This document shows positions 61,227 through 64,000 of a stretch of 64,000 nucleotides of DNA, piece after piece. Source of the DNA: Prorocentrum cordatum (Eukaryota); the NCBI GenBank assembly GCA_963575745.1, contig CAUYUJ010000001.1, forward strand, positions 2,976,001 through 3,040,000, read 5' to 3'. Under the pieces are notes generated by a model. The model made no database searches. It saw only the letters and a program-made list of their open reading frames with translations, and was not told the origin of the DNA. The position numbers were made by a program, and so were the translations under genes. Position 1 is the stretch's first letter. Each line of letters starts with the position of its first letter.

Positions 61227-63417
61227 TTATGGGGGTAAAGCACCGTTGCAACAGAACCTGCAGCAGCAGGAAAAAAACACACACGGTTCTATGATGTTAT
61301 GGGTCTGGTACAGACCTGGAGCACTCCAAACTATACACTTTGCCGCACTGGTGCCCATCTCCTGGACATCCCACTCCGATATGCACGAAAGTAATTTGCC
61401 GCCCACTTTCGCATGAAAGAGGACCTCCCCGAACGCAACCTGATGCGAAGCGTTACTGCACGCAACGCAATCCCCAATGCAGACTGCTCTACCGCGCACA
61501 AAGCAGGATGACGAACTGACAACATCCTTCTCGCTGCCGATGGGCAGAGGCAAAACTTTACTGATGGACGAAATGAGCTGGCGGCTGGCGGGCTTAGGGC
61601 CCAAGAGGTCCACGCCGAAAAGTGCATGATGCTCCACGTCGTGGAGGTGCTGCAGCGTCACCTCCTGCATTATGCCTTTTTCATACCCTTTCGTATTGTG
61701 CCGCCCGCCAGCAAAGCGCTTTATAACGCGATGCTTCCTCTCCATGAGGAAAGTTGAGAGGAGGCATCTGTGCCGCTCCAATTGAGATGGCAAATGGAAA
61801 ATCCAATGGTCCTTCGGCTTAAAAAGCTGGACCCCGTAGACCGCTCTGTGGCGCTCCATGTGGGATGAAATCGCCTGGGCTAGCATGAAAGGCTGCACGT
61901 GGCCACAATTGGCCATGATCAACAAGTTAATCACATCGCACGAACAAAATGCACTAATAATCTCGCCCTTAAGCTCATCTGCGCCATCGGCGTTCGAAAC
62001 CACATCGCTGAGATACCGCTGAAGAACGGGCGCGAGCGAAACATATTCACTTGCGGAGCCCTGCATTGTTCCACCACTCATGGTATTCTTTGCATGCGCA
62101 TAGCCCCTCGGCCAGCACCAAGCCTGAAGATAATCGCGCAGGCAGTCGTGTCCTCTACGAATGCTCGACAACCTACCCAGCATCTCGTCCACCTCCCTCT
62201 CGAATAGCCCACCTATCATATAGCAGTGCATCCAGTCCCAAGAGGTGGCCTCCGCAACTGGCACCGCCAGATGCCTGTCCTGGAGGAGGCCGTCGCGCTG
62301 GTAGGACCACCCGAACAAGACCTCGAGCCGCTTGACCTCGGCCCACCGTCCAGCATCGGCTGCATCACTGAGGCGCCGCTGAACCGCCATGATCTCCTCG
62401 GTCGTGTAGAGATCGAAGAGGCTGACGTCGGTGCAGTGCGCTGGGATCAACCACCCAGTCGGGTCAGGGGGAAGATCGCTTCTGGGGCACACGACGTTCT
62501 TGCGCAGCATGCAGGGCTTGATGCCCGTGGCGCCCTTCACCTGCAGCACGAACTTGCGGGCCCGCTCGTCCTGGATCATGATCTGCAGCTTGCCCTGCAG
62601 CATCGCGACCTAGGGGCGGGGCTGCCACCGTCCTCTTTCCCATCCTCCTCCTCCTCCTCCTCCTTATCCCCCTCCCCTTGCCGACCCTCCGCCCTCTCGT
62701 CGTCGTCGCCACCCTCCCCGCACGGGGGAAAAAATCACGCACCCCTCCATGGAGGGAGGGGTGGTTCGGCGAAGTTGGGGGCGGGGTGAGTAGCATGGGG
62801 GGGCGTCGGACCTGGCCGCCGATGCGCAGAGCAACTCCACGTCGGAGATCGGGCCCTGCAGGCAGGCCGAAGAAAAGCTTCAGGCACTCCTTCATCACCG
62901 TGGACACGCCACCTACCACATCGTCCAAGATGCTGCTACGCATCGCGGCAATGGTGTTCCAGCAGAGCTCGTTGCTGAGGGCCGGAAAACCGAGCTCGGC
63001 AAAGCTCCAATAGAATGCTTGCGTCTTGCGACGGTTCTTGCCGTCCAAGACGTTGCCAGGGACGATCTCGTCGCTATAGATATACACGTTCATCGTCCCA
63101 TGATGCTTGGCCGCCAACTCGAGGAACATCTCCTGGTACGAGGGTGATGTCCTGCAGGCCGCCTCGAGCCACGCGAATGGATGCTGGAACCACGCGCGCA
63201 CGTCCGATGACCCGAGCCGCTTCTCCACGAGAACGGGGCCGAAACTCGTGTCCTCCATGACTCTGGCCTCGCGGTGCCTGGCCAAGGTCGACGCGCTGAA
63301 CGCCTCGGGGAGGCCCTCCCTCTGGATGTCGGCCATCAAGGCGGCCGTCGCGGCGGCCGTCGCGTGGGACGACCTGCCGTACACGACAGTGCGCATTCTC
63401 TTCGGAACAGAAGGCAT
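61227..63417 (-). CDS. Second CACTA/Plavaka-like transposase, 2 exons (63417-62812, 62609-61227), about 662 aa; possibly decaying
   Basis: YIYSDE..PGN, FYWSFAELG, IQDERA, KGATGIKPCML, WDWMHCYMIGG, KPKDHWIFH, MERKH are collinear with the 680-aa ORF. A GT-AG intron at 62610-62811 restores the frame. Confidence 0.8.
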
Positions 63418-63447
63418 AGCTTCTGAGAGCTGGTAAAGCCAGAAACG

Positions 63448-63470
63448 CTTGAGCCAAAAATGGCTACGGT
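63448..63470 (-). other. Near-perfect full-length SL 30 nt upstream of the second transposase ATG
   Basis: ACCGTAGCCATTTTTGGCTCAAG is the canonical SL plus one T. Confidence 0.92.
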
Positions 63471-64000
63471 GTTGCCGCTGATGTTTATGATTTGAACTGT
63501 CGGCGCAGGGTTGTTGCGCCCCGCGTCAGCAGTGTGCAATATACCGTTGCTAGCTATGGGGCCGTTTGCTTGCTTGCTCGCTTAGTTTAAGTTGCTGCTC
63601 TGGTTGATGCTGAATCGCTCTTGCTGGAGCGTTGGTGTGACTCTTAGTTCTTGCCACGATCGTTGATGCTGCTATGTTTGATGCTGAATCACTCTTGATC
63701 CGATCTCTGATGCTGCTCTTGCTTGGATCGCTGGTGTAGCTGGCTTCTTCACTGATGCGCCCTGCTGCTTGGGCGCGTGCGACGATGCGACTGCCGTGGC
63801 GCGCGGCTGCTGCCACCCGCCATTGTTGTGACGCAACGCAGGGCGCCGAAAGCTCCCCAGCCCAAACGAGGCAGGACAGGGGCAGCGAGGGTGCGGAGAC
63901 AACCATTTCTCACCAAAAGGCCAACGCAACATGGGTGCTTGCATCCGCAGCTGCCTTCCCCTCGCCCTCCTCCTCCTCCTCCTCCTGCCCCTCCCACGTG

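Overview
This is eukaryotic, GC-rich, repeat-dense DNA. I infer it is a dinoflagellate nuclear genome, because it carries several relics of the dinoflagellate spliced leader (SL, DCCGTAGCCATTTTGGCTCAAG) and introns with GT/GC/GA donors at AG|G sites. Most ORFs in the supplied track are artefacts of (GGA)n, (GAC)n and 'CCCCAAGA' repeats and a 90-bp satellite. Supportable coding features are: (i) the 5' part of an SL-headed LINE (ORF1 plus an APE endonuclease running off the left edge); (ii) a decayed Pif1/Helitron-like helicase and other LINE fragments; (iii) micro-exons of a probable minus-strand host gene. The most interesting feature is (iv) a co-oriented cluster at about 46.7-57.4 kb: a CACTA/Plavaka-like DDE transposase, a 594-aa protein, a 215-aa protein and a 4-exon ParB-like/SET-like protein. 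Every gene in it has its own genomic SL relic. The cluster also carries palindromic repeats seen nowhere else in the window and is bracketed by inverted TTAGCTAA-rich blocks. A second SL-headed transposase paralogue with an extra intron lies at 61.2-63.4 kb. All family assignments are motif recognition by eye, not database results.
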